Positions 1-9,929 of a stretch of DNA of 58,645 nt are shown one piece after another (position 1 is the stretch's first letter; every line of letters starts with the position of its first letter). Made by a program: the position numbers and the translations under genes. The stretch is from positions 1-58,645 of the IMG/VR virus record IMGVR_UViG_3300012895_000001; one strand, 5' to 3'. The DNA is from a virus (Duplodnaviria > Caudoviricetes). The notes beneath the pieces are model-generated. The model ran no database searches. It worked only from the letters and a program-made list of their open reading frames with translations, and was not told the DNA's origin.

Positions 1-186
1 ATCGCGAACTACAACGCCGCGTTCAATGGCGTGATCCAGTTGCCGCTCCAGACCGATGCGGCTTATGTGCCGACCTTGACGATGCTGGCCAGAATCGCGC
101 GCGACCGAGGCCGGACTGATTTGGCGGAAGCGTTCGAGCAACATCTGGCGGCCGTTGGTGAATCTCAACTGCGGAGGGCGGCATGA
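1..186 (+). CDS. hypothetical protein, 5' end lies outside the window start
   Basis: Open frame 1 (IANYNAAF...LRRAA*) ending in an ATGA overlap with the next ORF at 183. Confidence 0.5.
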   Translation: MANYNAAFNGVIQLPLQTDAAYVPTLTMLARIARDRGRTDLAEAFEQHLAAVGESQLRRAA

Positions 187-371
187 GTGCTACGACTGAA
201 TGCGGTGGCTTGGTATGCGTCAAGGAGCGCCACGACAAAAGAAAGAACATGGTGCGCTGGTGGTTGGCCAGGCTGCGGAGACTGCGGTGCGAAAAGAATC
301 CAACCAAGCGCCAACGCGCTCGGATAAACCAAATCGGCCAATGCCTCGTGAATGAGGTAGAAGGCAAATAA
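183..371 (+). CDS. small basic hypothetical protein
   Basis: ORF coupled by ATGA to the upstream ORF. Confidence 0.4.
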   Translation: MSATTECGGLVCVKERHDKRKNMVRWWLARLRRLRCEKNPTKRQRARINQIGQCLVNEVEGK

Positions 372-386
372 TCAATCCAAAACCGC

Positions 387-623
387 ATGAGTGCCACCGA
401 ATCCCAAACCGAACTCAAGCCCGCCGCACTTTGCGCCAAGAACGACATCGCAGCAGCGGCCATGCTGGGCATCGGCACCACGAAACTGTGGGAGCTTTGC
501 AATCTGCCCAAGAACGACCCGCGCCGGATCAAGCGGACGAGCTACGGCAAGATTCCGATTTCTGAACTGGAACGCCACATCCGCGAGGAAATGAACTCGG
601 CGGAGAAAGCGGAAGCGGTATGA
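387..623 (+). CDS. excisionase-like HTH DNA-binding protein
   Basis: AAAMLGIGTTKLWEL...KIPISELERHI resembles the HTH_17/Xis pattern; early-operon position. Confidence 0.6.
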   Translation: MSATESQTELKPAALCAKNDIAAAAMLGIGTTKLWELCNLPKNDPRRIKRTSYGKIPISELERHIREEMNSAEKAEAV

Positions 624-676
624 ACATTAACTGAATTTAAACAAACACAAGCAACACCGAAAGGAAGGGTAACTCT

Positions 677-1243
677 ATTTGCGAATTCAAATCTGGAATC
701 GTGGTGAAGGACGGCAAGGAAAAAGGCGGCTTCCGTCTTTTGATGTCGCCGTGGACGGAAAGCCACAGCGAACTAATCACCATCTTCAAGTTGAACGATG
801 GAAAACATCTTCACTTCGCCCGAGTCGAGTTCAAGCCTGAAAATCTTGATACCGCCTATCTGGTCGAAACCTACAAACTCAAAATTGACGAGGAACGCAC
901 GCCAGCGTGGTTTGACGAGGACATGAAAGAGGCTGTTACCAAGAAGATGACGGCTTACATCAAGTCAATCATCGTTTCCGGTGACGTGCAGCTTTTGATC
1001 GGTGGGCAATTCATTGTCGCGCCGTCCGCAAAAATTGAGTGCGCTCACACAATGGTTATCAATGCAATGTGCGGCGGCACGGTGAATTACATCCGCGGCG
1101 GCACGGTGAATGACATCAGCGGCGGCACGGTGAATTACATCCGCGGCGGCACGGTTATAAAGATTCAAGAAATTTGGGATCTGGTAATTAAAAAAATATG
1201 GCCTGCTGCAAAAATTGTTGAGGACACCCGCAAATCCAAATAA
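677..1243 (+). CDS. hypothetical protein with C-terminal 8-aa GGTV repeats (possible beta-helix); start ATT 677 or GTG 701
   Basis: ORF 701..1243 extends in frame to ATT-TGC-GAA-TTC-AAA, 8 nt after AAGGAAGG. Confidence 0.65.
   Translation: MCEFKSGIVVKDGKEKGGFRLLMSPWTESHSELITIFKLNDGKHLHFARVEFKPENLDTAYLVETYKLKIDEERTPAWFDEDMKEAVTKKMTAYIKSIIVSGDVQLLIGGQFIVAPSAKIECAHTMVINAMCGGTVNYIRGGTVNDISGGTVNYIRGGTVIKIQEIWDLVIKKIWPAAKIVEDTRKSK
1071..1154 (+). repeat. 24-bp tandem repeat, ~3.5 copies (GCGGCGGCACGGTGAATKACATCM)
   Basis: Directly visible; encodes GGTVNYIR/GGTVNDIS. Confidence 0.9.
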
Positions 1244-1455
1244 GCATGAAAACAACCATCATTGAAACCATTGGAATCGGACTGCTGGCGTTGCTGGCGG
1301 TGGCTATCTACATCGTGATTTGAAATTTTATGAAGAAGTAAACCATTGCCGGAGATGACGAACTATATGACCGAAAAATTGAACTCGTGCGCTGGCCTGA
1401 CCAATCACGCATTGAAGGTAACAGCTAAATCTCCGGCAAAATTTTAACCAAGAAT

Positions 1456-1770
1456 ATGCCTAAAAAATCACAAGTAAAACAGCCGCGCGCCATTGATGAA
1501 ATCGTGCGCGGGATGATGGATGGCGTGCCGCCGCGACCGGACGAGCTGGTTGGTCTGGCGGTTTCATATCGGCTTCGCGGGCCGTGCGCGGTGAATGTGT
1601 TCAAGGCCACGCTGCGCGGCCATGTGGAGCGATTCAAACAGCGTTCCGCCTTGTTGCGGGAATCGGGACACGCCAGCACGGATGTAATCAACCGCACCGG
1701 ACACATGGGCGCGGCGCTCGCCTGGGACAACGCCGCGAATCTTTTGAACGCGGAATTGAACAGGCCGTAG
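1456..1770 (+). CDS. hypothetical protein
   Basis: ORF with A-rich leader in a co-oriented cluster. Confidence 0.55.
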   Translation: MPKKSQVKQPRAIDEIVRGMMDGVPPRPDELVGLAVSYRLRGPCAVNVFKATLRGHVERFKQRSALLRESGHASTDVINRTGHMGAALAWDNAANLLNAELNRP

Positions 1771-1773
1771 CCC

Positions 1774-1971
1774 ATGAAAAAGCCATGCCGCAGGTCGGGC
1801 AAAACCAAATATGACACGCACGAACACGCCGCCATCGCCGCCGGCAAACGCATCACGGCCAGCAACGAATCGTTCAGCAGCCGGAAATGGTCAAGGCCGG
1901 AAGCCTTGTGGACGTATCTGTGTGAGTTCTGCAACCACTGGCATTTAACAAGCAAAGACCCTACGAAATAA
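1774..1971 (+). CDS. small Zn-binding phage protein
   Basis: C..GK..Y and YLCEFCNHWHLTS motifs typical of small phage proteins. Confidence 0.6.
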   Translation: MKKPCRRSGKTKYDTHEHAAIAAGKRITASNESFSSRKWSRPEALWTYLCEFCNHWHLTSKDPTK

Positions 1972-1975
1972 AATT

Positions 1976-2260
1976 ATGGCACATGGAAAAACATTAGAAC
2001 TGGCAAAAATCAAACCACATCCGCGCTATGTAATCCCGATGCGCCCGACAGGAGCGAAAGGAATTACGAAATGGATTCCGGCTTGTCCACCCGGCGCAAT
2101 CCTGAAATCCGGCGGGACAATGTATGAATATCAAACCACGGGCCAGTTGCTTCGGGTTTCTCCGCCGCGTCCTTGGCGCGGCAAATCGGAACGCCGACAG
2201 GCCATCCGCAACCGCCGCGAAGATCGTGAACTGGCGCAGCGCAATTTACTGACCGCATGA
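1976..2260 (+). CDS. hypothetical protein
   Basis: ORF with AT-rich leader. Confidence 0.55.
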   Translation: MAHGKTLELAKIKPHPRYVIPMRPTGAKGITKWIPACPPGAILKSGGTMYEYQTTGQLLRVSPPRPWRGKSERRQAIRNRREDRELAQRNLLTA

Positions 2261-2319
2261 CCGCCAATCTCCAAGACCTACAAGCTCGCCTGCTGCTGGC
2301 GTGAACTGAAATAAAATCT

Positions 2320-2532
2320 ATGCAAGAAAAACCACAACTGTTGACGGATGAGGAATACAAGCAAGTGATACTCATGGCGGTATCTGGCAAGCCTCAAACA
2401 AAAGAGCAAATCGCGACCGTCATAAAAGAAGCCGAATCAATGCGCTGCACCGCCCTGATTCTCGAATCAGTCTTGGCTGGCGATCTGTGTATGTATGACG
2501 ACGGCGGCACGATAAAAATGAAGCGGCCATGA
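2320..2532 (+). CDS. hypothetical protein
   Basis: ORF with AT-rich leader. Confidence 0.5.
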   Translation: MQEKPQLLTDEEYKQVILMAVSGKPQTKEQIATVIKEAESMRCTALILESVLAGDLCMYDDGGTIKMKRP

Positions 2533-2716
2533 ACGATCCACTCGCCCTAAAACGTCCGCCGTGCCGCAAGCATTATTTCGTGGCGGGCGTGTGCTGGAAT
2601 TGTTCGCTGACGAAATCCGCGCATGACCGGGCGCGCAAGGAAACGAACCATGGACGGAAAAAAGTGAGCCGATGATCGGCAGCAAAAAATTTAACCGAAC
2701 CAACATCAATAAAAAC

Positions 2717-3736
2717 ATGACAACAACTGCAATCGAAAAAGCACCCGCCAAGAAAAGTGACATCCGCTCCTATATCCAAAGCGAGGTCGTCAAAAAACAA
2801 ATTGCGATGGTGCTACCTCGCCACCTGACCGCCGACGTGATGGCGCGCGTGGTCTGCACCGCCATCCTGAAAACGCCCAAACTGGCCGAGTGCCGGATCG
2901 AGTCGTTGCTGCAATCCATCATGCTGCTTTCGCAGTTCGGCCTGTTGCCGGACGGACGCAGCGCGCATTTGATTCCGTATTTCAACACCAAGGCGAATGC
3001 CTATGACTGCCAGGCGATTATTGACTGGAAGGGCAAGGTTGCCCGCGCCACGGAAAATGGCGTGGAGAACATCGCTGCCGACGTGGTTTGTTTCAACGAC
3101 AAGTTCACCTGGAAGATGACGCCGGAAGGTTTGCAGTTCGACCACGAGATTGATTTCCGCACGCCGAACCGTGGTGAAATGTTCGCGGCCTATTGCATCT
3201 GGAAACATGGCGGCAAGTTCTCCGGCGTGATTATGACGAAGATGGAAATTGACGGCATCCGCAAGCGCAGCAAATCGCCGGACAAGGGGCCGTGGCAAAC
3301 AGACTTCAATGAGATGGCGAAAAAGACCGTTGTTCATCGTGCTTCAAAGCTGTGGCCTTTGGACGCTGAGTTTAAGGAGGCCATCGAGGTGCAGGAAGTG
3401 AAGGAAGCAACGATTGAACTGCCGCCGCTCGTGCAGATCGAGGACTCCGAAGCGCCGAAAGAAATTGCAGCAGCAGACGAATCCAACCCTGACCTGAATC
3501 CCGCCAAGCCAGCCAGCGCCGACGAAACGCCAGCGCAACTGGCCTGCCGGATGGTGAACGATGCCGTCGTTCCTCTGGATATGTTCGTTGCCGAACTGAA
3601 CGCGCGCAACATTGCCACCGAAGGCGTCACCTCGTCATGGCCGGACTTTGAAGCCGTGCCACCGCAGGTTTGGGAATCATTGGGCAATCAGCCAAAAACT
3701 CTGGCTGCCATCATCAAGAAATTCGGGAAGAAATAA
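2717..3736 (+). CDS. recT: RecT-family single-strand annealing protein
   Basis: LPRHLT..., TPKLAEC, AHLIPY, IDWKG, GPWQTDFNEMAKKTVVHRASKLWP motifs. Confidence 0.9.
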   Translation: MTTTAIEKAPAKKSDIRSYIQSEVVKKQIAMVLPRHLTADVMARVVCTAILKTPKLAECRIESLLQSIMLLSQFGLLPDGRSAHLIPYFNTKANAYDCQAIIDWKGKVARATENGVENIAADVVCFNDKFTWKMTPEGLQFDHEIDFRTPNRGEMFAAYCIWKHGGKFSGVIMTKMEIDGIRKRSKSPDKGPWQTDFNEMAKKTVVHRASKLWPLDAEFKEAIEVQEVKEATIELPPLVQIEDSEAPKEIAAADESNPDLNPAKPASADETPAQLACRMVNDAVVPLDMFVAELNARNIATEGVTSSWPDFEAVPPQVWESLGNQPKTLAAIIKKFGKK

Positions 3737-3740
3737 TCCA

Positions 3741-4097
3741 ATGTCCACCATTCCCGAACCACCGCCGCACGTCTTGGCCAACTATAAGTTGAACCATGAA
3801 CTTGAGTGCGAACGCCGGAATGAGTTGAACCGTTTCCAGCGGAAGCGCGCGAACAGTTCCACCGCGTTCAAGCGACTGCGCGGGCCGGGAGAGCGGGAGG
3901 AATTCTTTGCCGACCTGTCCGAAGCAAACGCCGCTCTGGAATCGCTTATCAAGCCGGCAGCACCACAGGAGCAGACTTACGAGGACGTGATTTGTTCCTG
4001 GGGCGGCCGGATGGGCGGCGAATCGCAACTCGCTCGCGGCCATCACGCGGCACGCGCAACAGGAAGCACGGACCACGGGGTATTGAAGCAAACATAA
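3741..4097 (+). CDS. hypothetical protein
   Basis: ATG 5 nt after the recT stop. Confidence 0.5.
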   Translation: MSTIPEPPPHVLANYKLNHELECERRNELNRFQRKRANSSTAFKRLRGPGEREEFFADLSEANAALESLIKPAAPQEQTYEDVICSWGGRMGGESQLARGHHAARATGSTDHGVLKQT

Positions 4098-4109
4098 ACA
4101 AATAAAATC

Positions 4110-4532
4110 ATGTCATCATTCAACAAGGTAATCCTACTCGGAAATCTCACGCGCGATCCTGAATTGCGCTTCACGCCAAAAGGCACTGCGGTCGCCAAAC
4201 TTGGCTTGGCGGTCAATCGTGTCTGGACAAACGAAGGCGGCGAGAAGAAGGAAGAAGTGACGTTCGTGGACGTGGACGTGTTTGGCCGCACCGCCGAGAA
4301 CTGCGGCCAATATCTAAAGAAAGGCCGTCCCGTGCTGATTGAAGGCCGGTTGAAACTAGATCAATGGGACGACAAGCAATCAGGCCAGAAGCGCAGCAAG
4401 CTGGGCGTAGTGGCCGAGACGGTGCAGTTCCTGGGCGGCAAGAGCGAGGGCGGAGCAAGTGAAGCGCGACAGACAGCCGAGCCGGGCGCAAAACCGTTGA
4501 CGCCTAACGAAAGCGACGACGTGCCCTTCTGA
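4110..4532 (+). CDS. ssb: single-stranded DNA-binding protein
   Basis: FNKVILLGNLTRDPELRFT...GRLK..W; acidic DDVPF tail. Confidence 0.97.
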   Translation: MSSFNKVILLGNLTRDPELRFTPKGTAVAKLGLAVNRVWTNEGGEKKEEVTFVDVDVFGRTAENCGQYLKKGRPVLIEGRLKLDQWDDKQSGQKRSKLGVVAETVQFLGGKSEGGASEARQTAEPGAKPLTPNESDDVPF

Positions 4533-4560
4533 TTCAACCACGGAAACGAACACGAAATTT

Positions 4561-4761
4561 ATGAATACCGAAATTGTAAAAGTTGAATACGTCAAGCCAG
4601 TCATCTTGCCAATGGGTATTTACGAAGGCGTTTGGTCTGGCTATGTCATCACAATCAATAACGGAGATGGCGAGTGGCATCTGAAAACCAAAGACGGCAT
4701 TCGCGGAAGCGTGACCGTCACCGTGACTTCAAATGAATCTGGAATTTCGGTAGTGCGTTGA
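4561..4761 (+). CDS. hypothetical protein
   Basis: Co-oriented ORF. Confidence 0.5.
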   Translation: MNTEIVKVEYVKPVILPMGIYEGVWSGYVITINNGDGEWHLKTKDGIRGSVTVTVTSNESGISVVR

Positions 4762-4764
4762 ATC

Positions 4765-5115
4765 ATGGGCATCTCACGAACAGATTATTTGGCAATGCAG
4801 GCGCGGGTTGCGCCCAAGCATACAGCTTCGCCATCAGCCGAGCGCGAAGCCGACCTGCACGCCGCCATCATCGAGCATTGCAAGGCGCATGGCTGGTATT
4901 TCATTCACAGCCGGATGGACAAGCGCCAGACGGCGGCGATTGGCACGCCGGATTTTGTGATCGCCACGTTTGCGGACGTGTTCTTCATCGAGTGCAAGCG
5001 CGCGAAGGGCAAGCCGACCAACGCGCAACGGGCGGTTGGCATCATGCTGGATCACCTGAAGCGGAACTATGCGCTGGTGGATTCGTTTGCCGGATTTTTG
5101 GAGGCTGTAAAATGA
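4765..5115 (+). CDS. VRR-NUC family nuclease / resolvase-like
   Basis: EADL...GTPDF...FIECK...GKPT..Q PD-(D/E)xK motif. Confidence 0.8.
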   Translation: MGISRTDYLAMQARVAPKHTASPSAEREADLHAAIIEHCKAHGWYFIHSRMDKRQTAAIGTPDFVIATFADVFFIECKRAKGKPTNAQRAVGIMLDHLKRNYALVDSFAGFLEAVK

Positions 5116-5390
5116 AACTCCTGAAACACGAGCGCGAGTATTGGAATCGGATGTTCACGCATGGCGCGGCTGCTTGCCTGGGTAAACCGTGTCCGGTTCA
5201 CAATCCATCCGCTCATCACATGCGGAAGTGGCCGCTGAATTACCGCTTTGACCGTGGCATCACGGAGCGGATCTGCAAGCACGGTGTTGGCCATCCCGAC
5301 CCGGATTGTTTGCGGGCGCAGAAGGATTCAACGCATGGCTGTGATGGGTGTTGCCATAAGAAAAAACGCAAATCGAAAGGGGCGAAATGA
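5112..5390 (+). CDS. Cys/His-rich phage protein
   Basis: CPVHNPS.HHM, ERICKHGVGHPDPD, HGCDGCC; ATGA coupling. Confidence 0.65.
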   Translation: MKLLKHEREYWNRMFTHGAAACLGKPCPVHNPSAHHMRKWPLNYRFDRGITERICKHGVGHPDPDCLRAQKDSTHGCDGCCHKKKRKSKGAK

Positions 5391-5953
5391 GCAACGAAAA
5401 ACCAATCTTGTTCAGCGGTGAAATGGTGCGAGCGATTCTCGAAGGTCGCAAGGCTCAGACACGGCGGTCGGTGAAGTGTCCGGCTTGGTTTGAAGGACAC
5501 TTGATTTACTACAAAGAAGGCATCGGAACGGCTTGCAACATTTCTTCGCGTGATGGTGCCCAGCAGATTTCGTGTCCTTACGGTCAAGTTGGCGACCGGC
5601 TTTGGGTGAAGGAAACTCACCTACCAAAAGCCAGCGGCACAATTTACCGGGCTGATTTCGATTCGGTCGAGGCCGCTGGCATTGGCGCGATGTATGGCGG
5701 ATGGAAGCCGTCTATATTTTGCAAGCGCATCTACTCGCGAATCACTTTAGAAATCGCCTCGGTGCGCGCGGAGCGGTTGCAGGACATAAGCCATCGGGAC
5801 GCGCTGGCCGAGGGAGTCACCTATGATGTTAGCAAGCCCGACGGTTCTCCATTGGCAAGATACAAAACACTTTGGGAATCCATCAACGGAAAAGGCTCTT
5901 GGGCAAAAAATCCGTGGGTTTGGGTGATTGAATTTAAAAGGATTTTGCCATGA
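5387..5953 (+). CDS. ASCH/PUA-like phage protein
   Basis: PILFSGEMVRAILEGRK.QTRR, GDRLWVKET, ERLQDIS, NPWVWVIEF. Confidence 0.85.
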   Translation: MSNEKPILFSGEMVRAILEGRKAQTRRSVKCPAWFEGHLIYYKEGIGTACNISSRDGAQQISCPYGQVGDRLWVKETHLPKASGTIYRADFDSVEAAGIGAMYGGWKPSIFCKRIYSRITLEIASVRAERLQDISHRDALAEGVTYDVSKPDGSPLARYKTLWESINGKGSWAKNPWVWVIEFKRILP

Positions 5954-6186
5954 ACGAACTCTTTGAAATTCAAGAAACCAAGTCGCCGAGGCTGAAATGG
6001 ATGGATGAACATCTGATTTCCGTCGGTGAAAACATATTCAAGCCGACCCACTCCGATGATTTCCGGCACGGTTATACGCGCGTTGCCAAGTGCCCGACCG
6101 GCGAAGGCTACGGCAACACCGATGACGAGGCGCTGGTGGACTTGGCCAAACGACAGGGCTGGCGTCTCTGGAACGAAACTATATGA
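5950..6186 (+). CDS. hypothetical protein
   Basis: ATGA-coupled ORF. Confidence 0.55.
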   Translation: MNELFEIQETKSPRLKWMDEHLISVGENIFKPTHSDDFRHGYTRVAKCPTGEGYGNTDDEALVDLAKRQGWRLWNETI

Positions 6187-6449
6187 CTCATCAATTGGAA
6201 CTTGCCGATTTGAAGCGCGACTGGATTGATGGCGCGGCGGATTTGTTAAGCCGCACGCTGCTCGCCCGTGGCAACCAGATCACCGCCGAAACCATCCGCA
6301 AATACGTCGTCGCCCCGCCGCATGAAAACTGGTTCGGCTGCCTGGTCGCAAAACTACGTTGCACCGGAAAAATCAAGGAAGTGGGCCGCGTGAAGTCAAG
6401 CCGGCCGGAACGGAATGGCGCGAAGATAACACTGTGGGAGGTCGTTTAG
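6183..6449 (+). CDS. winged-helix-like hypothetical protein
   Basis: Coupled ORF; N.FG.L...G.I...G..KS.R pattern. Confidence 0.55.
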   Translation: MTHQLELADLKRDWIDGAADLLSRTLLARGNQITAETIRKYVVAPPHENWFGCLVAKLRCTGKIKEVGRVKSSRPERNGAKITLWEVV

Positions 6450-6450
6450 C

Positions 6451-6870
6451 ATGAACCTAACCAACCAACAACTCGCCGTCTCCAATCTAGCTCAAGAAGC
6501 CCGGCAATTGATAATGAAGATCGAACTGGTCTTGCAACAGCTTATCCCGTCGCCGCCAGCCTCGCTCACGGCGGATCAGCAGCAGAAGGTCAAGCTCATC
6601 CTGAAAGTGGTCGAGAAGCGGTTTGGCGTGCCGTCCCATCGAGTTCTGGACCGGACGAAGGAGCAACACGTCGTGGATGCCCGTCACGCAGCCATGTGGC
6701 TTGTGGCGCGCGGTATGGCATTGGACAACCTTCGCATCGCCCGGATTTTCAGGCGCGACCGGAAACTGGTGATCCACGCCATCAAACGAATGAACGACCT
6801 GCTGGCGAACGAACCGGCCTTCAACGAAACCATGCGGCTGGCGCAAAAAGATTTGGGGATGAAGGGATGA
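6451..6870 (+). CDS. DnaA C-terminal (domain IV)-like HTH protein
   Basis: V...FGV....VL.RTK.Q.VV.AR.AAMWL...IARIFRRD...VIHA matches the Bac_DnaA_C pattern. Confidence 0.75.
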   Translation: MNLTNQQLAVSNLAQEARQLIMKIELVLQQLIPSPPASLTADQQQKVKLILKVVEKRFGVPSHRVLDRTKEQHVVDARHAAMWLVARGMALDNLRIARIFRRDRKLVIHAIKRMNDLLANEPAFNETMRLAQKDLGMKG

Positions 6871-7027
6871 GAATTGGACTGAACAAATTGACTTTGCGCC
6901 ATTCATGCGAACATGAATCGGTTAAACTTTTACCCATCTCCGCGCCGGATGATCCGGCACTTTCCTTGCCGTCAGGCATGGTCATGTTCGCAGCGTGGGG
7001 TGGGTATTTTTCAAGATAATAGCGAAC

Positions 7028-7744
7028 ATGAAATATCAAATCAAAGATTGGGTTTCTCATTTTGAGAATGATCGCAGCAAGACGCGGGCGCAATGCTCGT
7101 TTGTCTGCGTCCCAAACAAGCAGCATGGAATGGGATTCTGCCGCATCATGGCCGAGCCAGATGGCGCGGCGATTTACGGAATCTGGCATTGTTTAGTCGG
7201 TGCCTGCTCACAGCAAAAGAAGCGTAACGGTTGGCTCACCATTGACGGTGAGCAGGCGGGGATCGCATGGGGATCGGATGACCTGTCATTGAAATTTCGC
7301 CGCCCAGTGGCCGAGATAGACCGCGCTCTTGATTTTTTAGCTTCAGACAAGGTTGGATGGCTAATTAAGCATCAAAACACCAATGAAATCAACAATCCGC
7401 CGCCTAATCACCGTCCAATCACCGTCCAATCACCGTCTAGTCCTCTGAAAGAAGGAAAGAAGGAAGAGAAAGAAGGAAGAGAAGGCGCTCCCCATTTTCC
7501 AGAATCGGAAACGCCATCGTGGAAAGAATTCTGGGGCTACTGCCAAACCCAAGCCTGCCTGCTGCCGGCTGAATGGTTCGTTAAAGACAAATTCGAGGCG
7601 GCCAATGCCGACCACTGGAAAAATAAAACCGACTGGCGGGCTTATGCCAGAAGGATCAAGGGATGGTGGGAACAGGATGGCAGGCCGATGAAGGCCAAAT
7701 CAATTTCGGGCAAATCTCAATCTCATAAAGGAGGCCCGCTATGA
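7028..7744 (+). CDS. phage replication initiator protein
   Basis: Immediately upstream of DnaB; internal iterons and A-rich tract; C-terminal W....DWRA.AR..W. Confidence 0.7.
   Translation: MKYQIKDWVSHFENDRSKTRAQCSFVCVPNKQHGMGFCRIMAEPDGAAIYGIWHCLVGACSQQKKRNGWLTIDGEQAGIAWGSDDLSLKFRRPVAEIDRALDFLASDKVGWLIKHQNTNEINNPPPNHRPITVQSPSSPLKEGKKEEKEGREGAPHFPESETPSWKEFWGYCQTQACLLPAEWFVKDKFEAANADHWKNKTDWRAYARRIKGWWEQDGRPMKAKSISGKSQSHKGGPL
7406..7438 (+). repeat. 11-bp iterons (AATCACCGTCC x3), putative replication origin
   Basis: Tandem repeats followed by a purine/A-rich tract inside the initiator, as in lambda O. Confidence 0.65.
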
Positions 7745-9033
7745 GCAATGCCTCAAAAACAGACCGCCTTCCGCCCTACGCCGCCGAATCCGAACAGGCA
7801 TTGATCGGTTGCTGTCTCATCTCGCCTTTGGATTGCCTGCCACAAATCCAAGCGGCATTGACCGGCGAATCGTTTTATGATTTGGCTAACCGCGAGATTT
7901 ACGCCGTGATCTGCGCGATGGAGTTGAGCGATGTGAACGTAATCACGGTTTATCAAAAGCTCAAAGACAAGGGGCTTGGCGACCAGACTGGCGGCTCGGC
8001 TTATCTTCAAACCTGCCAAGACGCCTGCATCAGCACGGCGAACATTGAAACTTGGATTAAGGAAGTTTCCGAAAAGCACACGCGGAGGAAAATCATATCA
8101 GCCTGCACCAATCACGTTTTGTCAGCCTACGAATTTACAGGAGAGACAACCGCCCTGCTGGACATCATCGAAACGTCCATCCTTAAAATCAGGCCGTCAC
8201 AACGGAACGAATCCGACATCAAGCATCTCGTCAGTCAGGCGATAGAAAAAATCGAATACAAATTCCAAAACCCTGGAAAGATTGGCGGGCTTTCAACCGG
8301 GCTTTCGGACTTGGACAAAATCAGTGACGGAATGCACAAGGGCGAATCCATCGTCATCGCCGGATTTCCCTCAACTGGCAAAACCGCATTGGCCGTCAAT
8401 CTGGCCGTCAATTGCGCGACCGATGGAATCCCGGCCGCAATCTTCTCCGCAGAAATGCGCCCGGTGCAATTGGTGGTGCGCTCGCTGTGTTCCAACTCGC
8501 GGGCAAACTATCATCACCTTGGCGACGATACTGGCGCGCTGCAACGCCTCGTCGTTGAGGCTGGCAAAATGTCGAAGTCACCGCTTTACATCGAACAGGC
8601 GCAAGGCATGAGCATCGGGCAGTTGGTGGCAACCGCCCGCCGGCTCAAGCAGAAACATAACATTCAGATCGCGGTCGTGGATTACATCCAACTGCTAACC
8701 GGAACGGGCGACAACCGCGAGCAGCAGATTTCTTCCATCTCAAAAGGATTGAAGGCAATGGCCTTGGAATTGGAAATTCCCGTGCTTGGCTTATCGCAAT
8801 TAACCGACGACGGAAAACTGCGCGAGTCGCGGGCAATCGGCCAGGACGCCGACACGATTTGGAAACTGGAAAACGAAGGCGAGTGGCAACCAAAGATTCA
8901 ACCGATAAAACTCATCGTTGAAAAATGCCGCGATGGAGAAACGGGCAAGGTGGATTTGACGTTTATGAAATCGTTCACGCGCTTTGAATCTGCCGCAAAA
9001 ATCTCCGACGCCGACGTTCCGCACAACGATTAA
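7741..9033 (+). CDS. dnaB: replicative DNA helicase
   Basis: PP....SEQALIG, Walker A GFPSTGKT, FSAEM, VDYIQLL, LSQL, LRESRAIGQDAD. Confidence 0.95.
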   Translation: MSNASKTDRLPPYAAESEQALIGCCLISPLDCLPQIQAALTGESFYDLANREIYAVICAMELSDVNVITVYQKLKDKGLGDQTGGSAYLQTCQDACISTANIETWIKEVSEKHTRRKIISACTNHVLSAYEFTGETTALLDIIETSILKIRPSQRNESDIKHLVSQAIEKIEYKFQNPGKIGGLSTGLSDLDKISDGMHKGESIVIAGFPSTGKTALAVNLAVNCATDGIPAAIFSAEMRPVQLVVRSLCSNSRANYHHLGDDTGALQRLVVEAGKMSKSPLYIEQAQGMSIGQLVATARRLKQKHNIQIAVVDYIQLLTGTGDNREQQISSISKGLKAMALELEIPVLGLSQLTDDGKLRESRAIGQDADTIWKLENEGEWQPKIQPIKLIVEKCRDGETGKVDLTFMKSFTRFESAAKISDADVPHND

Positions 9034-9038
9034 ATATC

Positions 9039-9365
9039 ATGGCCACTTTGCACATTGAAAAAACCGAGCCACTAACCATCAAGGAACTCGCATGGGAACT
9101 GGGCGTGTCGGACCATTACGTTTTTCAAATGCACGCGATGGGCTTTCCGATGGTGCGCCGGATTTTTCCTGAAAGCCAGGTGCCGATGCTGACCGCCACG
9201 GTGGCCGACGCGCGCGAATGGATCGAGGCGCATCAATTCCGATTCATCCACGGCCGGCCAGTGCTGACGGAAGGGCAGTTGCGGTTCGGGTTTGGGTTAC
9301 AACCGGAATCGTGGACGGGATTTCTGGAGGGTGATACAAAGCAAACAGTTTTACACGAATTATGA
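9039..9365 (+). CDS. HTH DNA-binding protein
   Basis: LTIKELAWELGVSDHYV. Confidence 0.55.
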   Translation: MATLHIEKTEPLTIKELAWELGVSDHYVFQMHAMGFPMVRRIFPESQVPMLTATVADAREWIEAHQFRFIHGRPVLTEGQLRFGFGLQPESWTGFLEGDTKQTVLHEL

Positions 9366-9536
9366 GCGCGCACGAAATTAAACCAAATCCTATCGGGGGG
9401 GGGGGGATTTGGAAATCCAGACTCACGCTTGCAAAATCTTTTACATCGGCGACGGGATTTGCGCTTGTTGGAAATTTGGCCGGGAAACGCCTTGGGGGGA
9501 AGAAAATACTGTGACACGAATTAACACGAACGAATT

Positions 9537-9929
9537 ATGACAACCACCGAACAACGCGAGTTAGATGCTTGGATTGACATTGAGATTTTCGGAGTCAAGA
9601 AATTGACTGTCGAAGAAATGGAATCCGTTATCAAAAAACAACTGGAAATCCAATCAGATTGCGGCTCGTTCCGTATTGAAAATTCGCATTTTCTTGGCGG
9701 CATGAAAGGCGACGGTGGATATTGGTGCGAGCAAAAATTCACCAGAAGAACCGACAATTCGTTTGGCGCGATGGAGGTTTTGGAGAAGTGTGTTGAGAAA
9801 GTTGGTCAGATAACAATCTATTATGAATCGGGAGAGTTTTGCCTATCGCAACCAATTTCAGATGCAGATTGGAGTCCTACCCTAGAACTCGCCATCGCTT
9901 TGTTCGCGCAAAAAGTTTTTACGAAATGA
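9537..9929 (+). CDS. phage hypothetical protein (ABA-sandwich-like)
   Basis: RELDAWI.IEIFG...AMEVLEK...TLELAIALFA. Confidence 0.6.
   Translation: MTTTEQRELDAWIDIEIFGVKKLTVEEMESVIKKQLEIQSDCGSFRIENSHFLGGMKGDGGYWCEQKFTRRTDNSFGAMEVLEKCVEKVGQITIYYESGEFCLSQPISDADWSPTLELAIALFAQKVFTK

Noticed and set aside
1071-1154. 24-bp repeats as a CRISPR array or DGR variable region
   Set aside because: No spacers; the repeat is in frame and coding; no reverse transcriptase or separate template copy seen in the window.
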